NCBI GenBank assembly: GCA_041304605.1
Contig: JBFYNB010000001.1
Span: 9,469 to 73,468 of the forward strand
Direction of reading: 5' to 3'
Source: Methanomassiliicoccales archaeon
GTDB taxonomy: Archaea; Thermoplasmatota; Thermoplasmata; Methanomassiliicoccales; UBA472
DNA length: 64,000 nucleotides
The notes beneath the pieces were generated by a model. It saw nothing but the letters and a program-made list of their open reading frames with translations. It was not told the origin of the DNA and searched no databases. Below are positions 44,405 through 53,124 of the stretch, piece after piece (the first letter of the stretch is position 1; the number at the start of each line of letters is the position of its first letter). A program made the translations under genes and the position numbers.

Positions 44405-44965
44405 ATGGACATGACCGCCAACCCTGCTCCGCTGGGGCTTCTGGGGTTCGGCATGACCACCGTGATGCTCAATCTGCATAACGCCGACCTGATACCGCTG
44501 GGGAGCGTCATCTTGTCATTGGGGATATTCTACGGCGGACTGGCCCAGTTGATCGTCGGCATAATGGAGTGGAAGAAGGGCAACACCTTCGGAACGGCGG
44601 CGTTCACCTCCTACGGACTGTTCTGGTTGACCCTGGTGGGCATCTGGGCCTTGCCTTTGCTGGGCCTGGGGGAGCCGACCGACAAGGCGACCATGGGCTA
44701 CTTCCTGGCGATCTGGGGCGTATACACCCTTTTCTTCTTCCTGGGGACCATCAAGAGCAACCGGGCCACCCAGTTCATATTCGGCTCGCTCACCGTGCTG
44801 TTCTTCGCCCTGGCCATCGGTGACCTCACCTTGATCAAGGAGATAACCATCGTTGGCGGTTGCATCGGGCTGGTGTGCGGGGCGTCGGCCATATACGCCG
44901 CTCTGGCGATGGTGGTCAACGAGGCCAACGGCCGGACCATGCTCCCTCTGGGCGAACGCAAATAG
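44405..44965 (+). CDS. GPR1/FUN34/YaaH-family acetate/succinate channel (SatP-like)
   Basis: Track ORF 44363..44965 (TTG); the ATG at 44405 is preferred. Family signature NPAPLGLLGFG. Six TM helices. Confidence 0.8.
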   Translation: MDMTANPAPLGLLGFGMTTVMLNLHNADLIPLGSVILSLGIFYGGLAQLIVGIMEWKKGNTFGTAAFTSYGLFWLTLVGIWALPLLGLGEPTDKATMGYFLAIWGVYTLFFFLGTIKSNRATQFIFGSLTVLFFALAIGDLTLIKEITIVGGCIGLVCGASAIYAALAMVVNEANGRTMLPLGERK

Positions 44966-45040
44966 ATTCGAAAAACCACTTCCTTCCCCTTTTTTCCGAA
45001 GGATGGCGACGCTTCTTTATACGCCGAGCTGCGATGAACG

Positions 45041-45058
45041 CCGGTCTCGCCGGTCTCG
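45041..45058. repeat. Perfect tandem 9-mer CCGGTCTCG x2, located 17 nt upstream of the M42 peptidase ATG
   Basis: Read from the sequence. Confidence 0.9.
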
Positions 45059-45075
45059 GCGTTCAGGTGACGTTC

Positions 45076-46194
45076 ATGGACAAGGACTCATGGAAATTCC
45101 TGCAGGAGCTTTGCGATATCCCGGGGCCATCCGGCTTCGAGGCCGAAGCGGCCAAACTGATGAAGAAGTACGCCGAGGGCTGCTGCGATCGGGTTTTCAC
45201 CGACAAGTTGGGAAACACCATGTTCGAGAAGGTGGGCCAGAAGGACGGTCCGACCGTTCTGTTGGCCGGACACATCGATGAATGCGGCTTCATAGTTACC
45301 GGGGTCAACCCCCTGGGATATCTGGCCTTCAGCCAGCTGGGCGGATGGTTCGACCAGGTCCTGCTTGGGCAGCGTGTGCTCGTGCACACCCGAAAGGGCG
45401 TCCTGAACGGTGTTATCGCCTGCAAGCCTCCTCACCTCATGGAACCGGAGGAGGCCAAGAAGGTGGTGACCAAGGACAAGATGTTCATCGACGTCGGGGC
45501 GAGCAACAAGGATGAAGCGCAAGCCATGGGCGTTCGCTTGGGGGACGCCGTCACGCCCGACTCCAAGTTCTTCACCATGGAGAAGCAGGCCTACAAGGAC
45601 GGGAAGCCGGCCGGCAAGCGCACCATCGTGTTCGGGAGGGCATTCGACAACCGTCTGGGGGCGTTCGCGTCCGTGGAGCTGCTGAAGACGCTGGCGAAGA
45701 GAAAGGTCAAGCACCCCAACCGGCTGGTTGCCGCCGCCACGGTGCAGGAGGAGGTCGGATTGCGCGGCGCCAGGACCGTGGCCGCCTCGACCAACCCTGA
45801 CGTGGCCATCGTGCTGGACGTGGACATCGCCGGGGACGTCCCGGGCATAGATCCGCTGCAGGCCCCGGCGCGCATGGGCGAGGGCGTTTCCATAACCGTC
45901 TACGACGGCAGCATGATACCTAACCAGCCGCTAAAGGAACTGGTCATATCGATATGCGAGAGGAAGAAGATCCCGCACCAGCTGGCCTACGTGATAAGAG
46001 GAGGGACCGACGGAGGTTTGATCCACACCTCCCTCACCGGTGTGCCGACCATCGTCATCGGCGTTCCCACTCGCCATATACATTCCCATGTGGGCTTGTT
46101 CGACACGGCCGATCTGGATGCGTGCATGAAACTGGTGGTCGAGCTGGCCAAGGCGCTAGACAGGAAGACCGTGGACTCGCTCACCGCCATCTGA
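45076..46194 (+). CDS. M42-family metallopeptidase (FrvX / glutamyl aminopeptidase-like)
   Basis: Internal ATG of track ORF 44860..46194. Sequence FLQELCDIPGPSGFE and LLAGHIDECGF. Confidence 0.85.
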   Translation: MDKDSWKFLQELCDIPGPSGFEAEAAKLMKKYAEGCCDRVFTDKLGNTMFEKVGQKDGPTVLLAGHIDECGFIVTGVNPLGYLAFSQLGGWFDQVLLGQRVLVHTRKGVLNGVIACKPPHLMEPEEAKKVVTKDKMFIDVGASNKDEAQAMGVRLGDAVTPDSKFFTMEKQAYKDGKPAGKRTIVFGRAFDNRLGAFASVELLKTLAKRKVKHPNRLVAAATVQEEVGLRGARTVAASTNPDVAIVLDVDIAGDVPGIDPLQAPARMGEGVSITVYDGSMIPNQPLKELVISICERKKIPHQLAYVIRGGTDGGLIHTSLTGVPTIVIGVPTRHIHSHVGLFDTADLDACMKLVVELAKALDRKTVDSLTAI

Positions 46195-46227
46195 ACTGAT
46201 CAGGAGCTCCTGGCCGGGCGGTCTTGT

Positions 46228-46899
46228 TCAAGCCCGTCCAGTTCGTTCCCGGCCCCGGCGCCTTCGTTCGGTATTGTCCTCCAGAAGCTCTTTGGTGTAC
46301 CTCATGTGGCACTTCGAGCACAGAGTGCGCAGGTTGGCCGGGTGTTCGGTCCCTCCCCGCGATCTTGGAACGATGTGATGGATCTCGTACGGGACGCGCC
46401 TTCCCTTGACCTCTATGCCGCATTCCGTGCAGCGCCCGCCGTCCCGGCGCTTGATGTACCTCCGGATCCGTCTCCACAACCAGTTGCGCACCTTCACGTA
46501 CAGCTCCGAATCCGGCCCTATCGACAGATAGTCCTCGGTGGTTCCTTCCGGCCTCCAGGCCTTGCTCTCTTTCGAGCGGTACAGCGCCAGGAAGTTGTGC
46601 CAGGACACGCACGTCTGATGCGCCTGCTCTTCCCGATGCTTACGGCCGCATCCCTCGCACTCTATCCAGAAGCTCCTGGCAGGTTCACATTTCAGCTTGG
46701 GCGCCCACTGCCTGAACGGACATATGTCGGCCATCTCGTCATCGCAATGCAGGTGGATATGCAGGTCCAAGCCGCGTATCTGGTCGTCCCGGAACAGAGC
46801 CCGGTGGTCCTGGTACCTATCCCTCGAACCGTTGTGCAGATGCATTAGGTAGCAGGAGGAGGGGCGGTTCCTAACCAGACGGTGATCGCAGAGCTTCAT
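46228..46899 (-). CDS. HNH endonuclease-domain protein with a Cys/His-rich N-terminal region
   Basis: Track ORF, 223 aa. C-terminal RCTECG...YEIHHIVPRSRGGTEHPANLRTLCSKCH (HNH). The N-terminal 150 aa are unassigned. GC3 bias looks native. Confidence 0.75.
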   Translation of the reverse strand: MKLCDHRLVRNRPSSCYLMHLHNGSRDRYQDHRALFRDDQIRGLDLHIHLHCDDEMADICPFRQWAPKLKCEPARSFWIECEGCGRKHREEQAHQTCVSWHNFLALYRSKESKAWRPEGTTEDYLSIGPDSELYVKVRNWLWRRIRRYIKRRDGGRCTECGIEVKGRRVPYEIHHIVPRSRGGTEHPANLRTLCSKCHMRYTKELLEDNTERRRRGRERTGRA

Positions 46900-46905
46900 G
46901 GGATC

Positions 46906-46923
46906 CCAAGCGCGCCAAGCGCG
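46906..46923. repeat. Perfect tandem 9-mer CCAAGCGCG x2, located 6 nt upstream of the HNH start codon
   Basis: Read from the sequence. Confidence 0.9.
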
Positions 46924-47132
46924 TCAGCACCGGAGCGATGCCCTCGCGGTCTTTTACACCTTTTCCCCGCCCCTCTGAAAATGGAACTGCGGTACATGGT
47001 CGGCCCCATTCCAAGCCCATGTTCCTGGACGGCGCGAATGTCCCCTCCCCATACGCTTTCCGGGCGTCCGAAAGATATAAAAAGAGGGAATCAATCAACC
47101 AGTTCGCCTAATTAGCATTACTGGTGAATTTC

Positions 47133-47894
47133 ATGACCAAGGAATCTTCGACCGTAAAGGTCTCCAAGGGTGACATTGTCCACGTTGAATACAACGCCTA
47201 CCTCTCTGAGGGCGGCATGCTCTTCGACACGACCAACGCGGACAAGGCCAAGGAGGCCGAGATCTTCAACGAGAACCTGACCTACAAGCCCCTGCCCCTG
47301 CTGGTCGGAGGCGGAAGGGTATTCCCCGGTCTGGACGAGGCTTTGGCCGAGGCCAAGGTCGGAGAGCTGACCACCGTGGAGATACCCGCGGAGAAGGCCG
47401 CCGGAGCCCGGGACCCCAAGCTGGTCGAGAACATCGCCCTGCGCGAGTTCTTCCGCCAGGAGATCCGCCCGGAGATCGGCATGGAGGTCAACATGAAGAA
47501 CCGCGTGGGCACCGTGGTCGCCGTGACCAACAGGATGGTCCGCGTGGACTTCAACCGCCGCTTCGCCGGCGCCACCCTGAAGTACGAGTTCACCGTCCTT
47601 GACAAGGTCGAGGGAGACGAGGCCAAGGTCATGGCCATCTGCGAGATGGACTACGGCACCGCCGAGGGCTTCCGCGCCACCGTCGCCGAGGGCAAGGTCG
47701 TTCTGTACCTGCCGGACGTCTGCAAGTACGACCAGAAGTGGCTGCTCACCAAGTACAAGATCGTCGCCGATCTGCGCGAAGTGTTCGGAGCGGTCACCGT
47801 GGAGCTGGTGGAGGAGTACCTCAAGAAGGAGGACAAGCCTGCCGAGGAAGCTCCCGCCGCACCTGCCGACGAGAAGGCTCCAGAAGAGCTTTAA
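47133..47894 (+). CDS. Long-type archaeal FKBP peptidyl-prolyl isomerase / chaperone (SlyD/FKBP26-like)
   Basis: Track ORF 47124..47894 (GTG); the ATG at 47133 is preferred. FKBP core VHVEYNAYLSEGGMLFDTT...GGGRVFPGLDEALAEAKVGE with an insert-in-flap region and a C-terminal domain. Confidence 0.85.
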   Translation: MTKESSTVKVSKGDIVHVEYNAYLSEGGMLFDTTNADKAKEAEIFNENLTYKPLPLLVGGGRVFPGLDEALAEAKVGELTTVEIPAEKAAGARDPKLVENIALREFFRQEIRPEIGMEVNMKNRVGTVVAVTNRMVRVDFNRRFAGATLKYEFTVLDKVEGDEAKVMAICEMDYGTAEGFRATVAEGKVVLYLPDVCKYDQKWLLTKYKIVADLREVFGAVTVELVEEYLKKEDKPAEEAPAAPADEKAPEEL

Positions 47895-47913
47895 ACCCCT
47901 TACTTCGGAAACA

Positions 47914-47923
47914 TTTTAAATAT
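47914..47923 (+). promoter_or_regulatory. TATA box TTTTAAATAT for tRNA-Arg
   Basis: Located about 26-35 nt upstream of the tRNA 5' end, the canonical archaeal spacing. Confidence 0.6.
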
Positions 47924-47948
47924 CTTATTTCTAATCAACGGAACGCAC

Positions 47949-48023
47949 GGGCGGGTGGCCTAGTCTGGATATGGCAGCAGCCTCCTAAGCTGCAGGTCGG
48001 GGGTTCGAATCCCTCCCCGCTCG
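47949..48023 (+). tRNA. tRNA-Arg (anticodon CCU), no encoded CCA
   Basis: GGGCGGGTGGCCTAGTCTGGATATGGCAGCAGCCTCCTAAGCTGCAGGTCGGGGGTTCGAATCCCTCCCCGCTCG. Acceptor GGGCGGG/CCCGCTC. Anticodon arm GCAGC/CTCCTAA/GCTGC. T arm GGGGG/TTCGAAT/CCCTC. Confidence 0.9.
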
Positions 48024-48034
48024 CTTTATTTTTC
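48024..48034 (+). terminator. Oligo-T tract CTTTATTTTTC after tRNA-Arg
   Basis: T3 and T5 runs directly after the tRNA 3' end. Confidence 0.6.
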
Positions 48035-48274
48035 ACAATCCTCGCTCGTGAATGCGGCCCCGATCACCATTTCAATCCTGACAAGAGCTAATACGTGCGG
48101 TAGTCCGGAACGGGCCTTGATGTTCGGATCTGGGTCACCGGGTGCTGCCATGTCATGGAAGATCACTACAAGATCATCGAGATGTTGCCGAGAGGGCCTT
48201 TCCGTCTCAAAGCGATGGCCAGGTCCTGTTCCCCTTTTTGCGGTTGTTCGTGATGGTCAGCGGGTGTGATACGC

Positions 48275-49789
48275 TCATTCGCGTTTTAGCCAGACCTGAG
48301 ATCTCGGAACGGCGAACTCCATGTCATTCTCCTTGAAAACGCTCACCAGGTTCCTGCGATACTCCGTCCGTGCCAGGTGACGGTTAGCTACATCATCTAT
48401 CCAGATGAAGATCGTGAGGAGCATCCGGCCGTCCTTGATCTCCGACACGCGTACCACCGGTGCCTGGTTCCCCTGAAGGATCTGAGGGGTGCGTCGGGAG
48501 GCTTCCATCATGAGCTCCTCCACGAGCCTGGGGTTCTGGTCGGAAGGCACTCTCACCTTGACATTGGACTTCCATCTCAGGTCGGGAGCGTTCATGTTGA
48601 TTATGATCTGGCTCTCTATGAGGGCGTTGGGCACTATTATCTCCTCATTGGTGTCAAGGTCCAGGAAGCTCGTGGTGAGCAGACCGACATCCAGCACCTG
48701 GGCGGTGTGCCCGTCGCTCAAAGGCACCCGGTCCCCGGTCTTGAAGGGGCGGTCGAACAAAAGCTGCATTCCGGCGAACATGTTGCTGAGGGTGTTCTGA
48801 GTGGCGTAGCCAATAACCAATCCCAGGAACCCTAATCCAAGTATCATGTTCCCCAGGTTCACTCCCAGAAGCCCGGCGATGACGAATATGGCGGCCACGG
48901 GAATGACCACCTTGCCTACCAGTGAAACAGCGTCCACCAGCAGGTCCTTGGCATCGTCCTTGCCATCATCGCACTTCTCCTTGCCGTAGCAGGCCACGAC
49001 CTTCACCAGTATGCGGTAGGCGACGATGGAGCCGATTATGGTGAGGACGACCTTATAGATCAGCTCCAGGTCGGCTACCATGGAGGACGGCAGTTCCAAA
49101 ATCTGCAGCGAGGATATTGCCCCGTAGGCAATGATGAGCATGGTCAGCGGAAGCCTGAGCACCTCGATGGCGATGTCATCCCACTTGCTCTGCGTCTTTC
49201 GCGTAAGATGATGAACGGTCGGCCCGACCACCTTCATGACCGTTAGCCCTATGATCACCCAGATCAGAAGGCTGAGCCCGAACGCTCCCCAGTGATTATC
49301 GAACGGGGAAGGCAGGAAGTTATCCCAAACCCCCATGATCCGATTCTCCCGGTCCAGATGGCCGTACAGGGATTCGGCCCTCAGGACGATCTGGTGCTCC
49401 ACCTCCTCGGACTCGTAGGTGATCATATCGGTTATCTTGAAAACGATGTCCAGCGGAACCACGTCGGTGTACATGTCGATGCCCGCGGACAAGTTAAGGT
49501 AGAAACTGCAGCCGCTACCGCCCTCGATCACCGCATAGCTCGGTTCCAAGGTCCAGGTTATGCGTTCTGGGATACCAGATAGCAGCTCGGGAATCACGAG
49601 AAGCTGGGCCGTCCCGTTGTTGTAGGCGACCCATTCGAACGATACGCTCGTGCCGGCATCCAAAGTGAGCTCGTCGCTCACCTGAAATACCGAAACGTCG
49701 CCGGGGGCGGACATGGCGGCTGGGCTGATGCATATCAGGAACAGTGCCGCGAGCAGCACCAGGCAACAACCGAAACCCCTGCGTGGCAT
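48275..49789 (-). CDS. Mechanosensitive ion channel (MscS family) with a large N-terminal extracellular domain
   Basis: Track ORF, 504 aa. Signal-like N-terminus, several TM helices, and MscS core LLFDRPFKTGDRVPL. Confidence 0.85.
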   Translation of the reverse strand: MPRRGFGCCLVLLAALFLICISPAAMSAPGDVSVFQVSDELTLDAGTSVSFEWVAYNNGTAQLLVIPELLSGIPERITWTLEPSYAVIEGGSGCSFYLNLSAGIDMYTDVVPLDIVFKITDMITYESEEVEHQIVLRAESLYGHLDRENRIMGVWDNFLPSPFDNHWGAFGLSLLIWVIIGLTVMKVVGPTVHHLTRKTQSKWDDIAIEVLRLPLTMLIIAYGAISSLQILELPSSMVADLELIYKVVLTIIGSIVAYRILVKVVACYGKEKCDDGKDDAKDLLVDAVSLVGKVVIPVAAIFVIAGLLGVNLGNMILGLGFLGLVIGYATQNTLSNMFAGMQLLFDRPFKTGDRVPLSDGHTAQVLDVGLLTTSFLDLDTNEEIIVPNALIESQIIINMNAPDLRWKSNVKVRVPSDQNPRLVEELMMEASRRTPQILQGNQAPVVRVSEIKDGRMLLTIFIWIDDVANRHLARTEYRRNLVSVFKENDMEFAVPRSQVWLKRE

Positions 49790-49830
49790 GGCCGAACCCC
49801 TCCATGTCCCGTGAGGATAAAACTTTTACC

Positions 49831-50508
49831 TCAGAGGACCAGGCGCTCTCCGGGAGCCAACACCTTGAGGGAGAACTCTTGACCACTGGCGGCCGATTCG
49901 AGCACCTCGCGATCCACCGCGATGCTCTTCCAGGTGTCGAAATGCATAGGGACCATGATGCGCGCTCGCAGAAGCCGCATGGCCCTGACCGCATCCTTCA
50001 CCTCCATGGTGTAGATACCGCCCACAGGGAGCAGCGCCACGTCGATATAGGCCTCATCGGCCACCAGGGACAGGTCGCTGAAAAGGGCGGTGTCCCCGGC
50101 ATGGAACACGTTACTTCCACCCATCTCGATCAGGAAAGAGCAAGGTTCCCCTCCGTAACGGCCGTCCTCGAAGGACGAGGAGTGAACCGCTGGGAACATC
50201 TTGACTTTGCAGAATGGGAGACGGATCTCGCCTCCGATGTTGCCCTGCAGCACCTCTGCTCCCCTCTCTTCAAGATGATCATTGATCTCGGAAACGGAGA
50301 GCACCGGGCATCCGAAGCGCTTGGAGAGTTCCAGGGCGTCCCCCAGGTGGTCATGATGGGCGTGTGTGACCAGGATGAGGTCCGGTCTTACCAGGGATGC
50401 CGACGGAGGGGAAACGGGATTGTCCGACAGGAAGGGGTCCACCAGCACCTCCTTCCCCCCGTCTCGGATGGCGAAGGCCGAGTGACCCAAGTATTCTATC
50501 TCTGTCAT
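49831..50508 (-). CDS. Metallo-beta-lactamase-fold hydrolase (UPF0173-like)
   Basis: Track ORF, 225 aa. THAHHDHLGD motif. Confidence 0.8.
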   Translation of the reverse strand: MTEIEYLGHSAFAIRDGGKEVLVDPFLSDNPVSPPSASLVRPDLILVTHAHHDHLGDALELSKRFGCPVLSVSEINDHLEERGAEVLQGNIGGEIRLPFCKVKMFPAVHSSSFEDGRYGGEPCSFLIEMGGSNVFHAGDTALFSDLSLVADEAYIDVALLPVGGIYTMEVKDAVRAMRLLRARIMVPMHFDTWKSIAVDREVLESAASGQEFSLKVLAPGERLVL

Positions 50509-50514
50509 GCTACA

Positions 50515-51204
50515 TCATCTCCCCTGCCGGCTCTTCAATCTTTCCTGGACCGCTCCGCTGCTCAGCTCCCTCAAGGCGTCCGAGGCTATCCATCTCGATG
50601 CCCGGTCGCCCTTGGCCGAGATCCTTTCAGCAGCTTCGGTCGCCATTGCGTTCAAGTGTAGATCCCTCTTTCCTATCTGCCGCAGGGCCCAGTTGACCGC
50701 CTTGCGCACATAGTTGCGGTCGTCAGAGCTCTCCTCGACCACCGCCTCCAGGAGGAGCTTGAATTCCTCGTCCTCAAGATTCTTCCCATGCACGGCCAGG
50801 GCGGCCATGGTGGCGAAGCCCGCCCTCTTCTGGAACTCTTCCTCCCTTCCGGACCATTCCAGCGCTTTCCGCACCGCCATAGGTGAACGGCTGAAGAGAT
50901 TGGAGCAGCACTGGTCGCAGATGTCCCAGGAATCTAGGCCCCCCACCATCTCCTCCATCTGTTCCTCGGTCAGAAGCTTGGGGTCGGCCAGAAGGCTGGC
51001 CATTATCCGAGCTTCGTGTATGCCGGAATGCCAGAGGTCCATCGCCAGGTGATGGTCCCTGCCAATGCCCCTGGCCAGGGCCCTCATCTCCGGCATGCTG
51101 ACGCCTAATGCGTCGTCGACCTTTATTCCATACCTGGACATCCCCTCCAGGCGGGTGCGGTCGGAGATCGAATCCAGGCGAGCGAGGACCTCTTCTGCGT
51201 TCAT
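50515..51204 (-). CDS. DNA alkylation repair protein (AlkD-like HEAT-repeat family)
   Basis: Track ORF 50515..51270, trimmed to ATG 51204. Sequence RLEGMSRYGI...RNYVRKAVNWALRQIGKRD. Confidence 0.75.
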   Translation of the reverse strand: MNAEEVLARLDSISDRTRLEGMSRYGIKVDDALGVSMPEMRALARGIGRDHHLAMDLWHSGIHEARIMASLLADPKLLTEEQMEEMVGGLDSWDICDQCCSNLFSRSPMAVRKALEWSGREEEFQKRAGFATMAALAVHGKNLEDEEFKLLLEAVVEESSDDRNYVRKAVNWALRQIGKRDLHLNAMATEAAERISAKGDRASRWIASDALRELSSGAVQERLKSRQGR

Positions 51205-51220
51205 TGAAAGGGATGAGGGA

Positions 51221-51240
51221 ATAAAAAAGATAAAAAGGGG
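51221..51240 (-). terminator. Oligo-T tracts (minus strand CCCCTTTTTATCTTTTTTAT) after glnK
   Basis: T5 and T6 runs about 20 nt after the glnK stop codon. Confidence 0.6.
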
Positions 51241-51256
51241 AGGTCCTGGGAAAAGA

Positions 51257-51595
51257 TCAGGCCTTACCATTGCTGCTCTCGCCGGTCCTGATCCTGATCA
51301 CCTCCTCCACTGGAGAGACGAATATCTTTCCGTCTCCGATCTCTCCGGTCCTGGCCTTCTCAATAATGGCATCGATCACCTTCCTGGCGTCCTCATCCCT
51401 GACCACGATCTCGATCTTGATCTTGGGGAGCAGGTCCACGCGGTACTTGCCGGTGCGGTGGGTGAACTCCAGACCTTTCTGCTCGCCGCGGCCGAGCACG
51501 TCGGTTATGGTCATGGCGTTCATTCCCAACCTCTCGAGGCCGCACTTGACCGAGTCCAGGGTCTCGGTGCGGATTATCGCTTCGATCTTCTTCAT
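51257..51595 (-). CDS. glnK: Nitrogen regulatory protein P-II
   Basis: Track ORF 51257..51604 (GTG). The ATG at 51595 is preferred (GAGGTGA SD 7 nt upstream). Sequence MKKIEAIIR and T-loop GRGEQKG...TGKY. Confidence 0.95.
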   Translation of the reverse strand: MKKIEAIIRTETLDSVKCGLERLGMNAMTITDVLGRGEQKGLEFTHRTGKYRVDLLPKIKIEIVVRDEDARKVIDAIIEKARTGEIGDGKIFVSPVEEVIRIRTGESSNGKA

Positions 51596-51600
51596 CTTCT

Positions 51601-52926
51601 TCACCTCAGATAGTAGGCGCTCTCTCCGTGCTGGATGATGTCCGCGCCTATCTTCTCCTCATCCTTGGTCATGCGCAGGGGCATGAACTTCGACAGCACC
51701 TTCAGGATCACGTACGTCACACCGAACGCAAAGGCCCAGACCACGGCCACCGAGATCAGCTGAGCGATCAGCAGGTCGGTTCCGCCGCCGTACAGCAGCC
51801 CGTCCTTCCCAGCGGCGTTCACCGCGGTGGTGGCGAACAGTCCGGTAGCGATCGCTCCGAACGTTCCGCCCAGGCCGTGCACGCCCCAGACGTCCAGGGC
51901 GTCATCGAATCCCAGGCGTTTCCGAAGCAGAATGCCTCCGTAGCAGACCACCGCCGCCCCCAGTCCGATGAACAGCGCTCCGGTGGGGTTGACGAACCCC
52001 GCCGCCGGAGTTATGGCCACCAGACCCGCCACTCCACCAGATATCAGGCCAAGCACGCTGACCCGGCCGGTATCCAGCCAGCTGATGAGTCCCCACACCG
52101 CGGCGGCCATCGCGGCCGATATGTGCGTTACCACCAATGCGTTCGCCGCCAGCCCGTTCGCGGCCAGGGCGCTTCCGCCGTTGAAACCGAACCAGCCTAT
52201 CCACAGCAGCGCGCCGCCCAGCACCACCATGGGTATGTTGTGCGGAACCTCCTGGCCTCCCCTGGCCTGGTTGATGCGCTTTCCCAGTACCAGGGCAGCC
52301 GCCAGCACCGACACTCCGGCGGTTATGTGCACCACCGTTCCGCCGGCGAAATCGAGCGCCCCCAGGTCGTAAATCCATCCCCCGCCCCACACCCAGTGGG
52401 CCACCGGGATGTACACCACCGCTGTCCAGATGGACAGGAATATGATCAGCGAGCTGAGCTTCATGCGTTCCGCCACTCCGCCGATGATCAGTGCCACGGT
52501 GATTATGGCGAACATCCCCTGATACATCATGAACAGGATGTGGGGAACGGTGGGCGCCAAGGAGTTAGGTGCAAGGTCAACGCCGTTCAGCATCAGATAT
52601 TCGGCGCCTCCGATCAATCCCCCGTTGTCCGTACCAAAGGTGAGCGAGTAACCGAAGACCACCCATATGATGGTCACCACGCCTATGATCAGTATGCTCT
52701 GTCCCAGCATGGACAGGAAGTTGCTCTTGCGCAGCATCCCCCCGTAGAAGAAGGCCACTGCGGGCGTCATTATGAACACAAGTCCGGTGGAGATCATGAG
52801 CCAAGCGGTGTCCCCGCTGTCCACTTCTCCGTCCGCCGCCGCCACGGGGGAGGAGACCAGGGGAAGCGCCAACAGGGCTAACGCCAAGAATAGCGCGAAC
52901 TTCAAACCGATTCCATGTTTCATCAT
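51601..52926 (-). CDS. amt: Ammonium transporter
   Basis: Track ORF 51601..52932. The third codon ATG (52926) is preferred because AGAGG lies directly upstream of the first ATG. Signature DFAGGTVVHITAG. Confidence 0.95.
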   Translation of the reverse strand: MMKHGIGLKFALFLALALLALPLVSSPVAAADGEVDSGDTAWLMISTGLVFIMTPAVAFFYGGMLRKSNFLSMLGQSILIIGVVTIIWVVFGYSLTFGTDNGGLIGGAEYLMLNGVDLAPNSLAPTVPHILFMMYQGMFAIITVALIIGGVAERMKLSSLIIFLSIWTAVVYIPVAHWVWGGGWIYDLGALDFAGGTVVHITAGVSVLAAALVLGKRINQARGGQEVPHNIPMVVLGGALLWIGWFGFNGGSALAANGLAANALVVTHISAAMAAAVWGLISWLDTGRVSVLGLISGGVAGLVAITPAAGFVNPTGALFIGLGAAVVCYGGILLRKRLGFDDALDVWGVHGLGGTFGAIATGLFATTAVNAAGKDGLLYGGGTDLLIAQLISVAVVWAFAFGVTYVILKVLSKFMPLRMTKDEEKIGADIIQHGESAYYLR

Positions 52927-52948
52927 TTGCATCCTCTTTGTTCTCTTA

Positions 52949-52967
52949 GACCGACATATAATCGGTC
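52949..52967. promoter_or_regulatory. Perfect inverted repeat GACCGA-CATATAA-TCGGTC about 20 nt upstream of amt
   Basis: Read from the sequence. The spacer is TATA-like. This is a candidate operator or 5'-UTR hairpin. Confidence 0.4.
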
Positions 52968-53087
52968 ATTTCTTCGCTTCAATAGATAATTAACTAATAA
53001 ATACTTTCTATTTGCTACAAATGAGTAAGTTTACGATTGAAAAGTGTATGAATGTTTAGTTGGACTCAAAAAATTCTTTACGGAATC

Positions 53088-53111
53088 AAAAATGAAGAAA
53101 AGATGAAAAAA
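53088..53111 (-). terminator. Oligo-T tracts (minus strand CTTTTTTCATCTTTTCTTCATTTTTG) after the DGC-domain gene
   Basis: T6, T4 and T5 runs beginning about 14 nt after stop codon 53125-53127. Confidence 0.6.
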
Positions 53112-53124
53112 GTTCGGAAATATT

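Noticed and set aside
46871-47098. 75-aa minus-strand ORF (and the 77-aa plus-strand ORF 46882-47115) in the HNH/FKBP intergenic region
   Set aside because: Third-position GC is only about 60%, against about 80% in neighbouring real genes. There is no SD and no motif. The ORF overlaps the HNH start and the FKBP promoter.
48100-48222. 41-codon minus-strand ORF (MAAPGDPDPNIKARSGLPHVLALVRIEMVIGAAFTSEDCEK) in the spacer after tRNA-Arg
   Set aside because: GC3 is about 50%, there is no SD and no recognisable motif. It is treated as non-coding unless expression data say otherwise.
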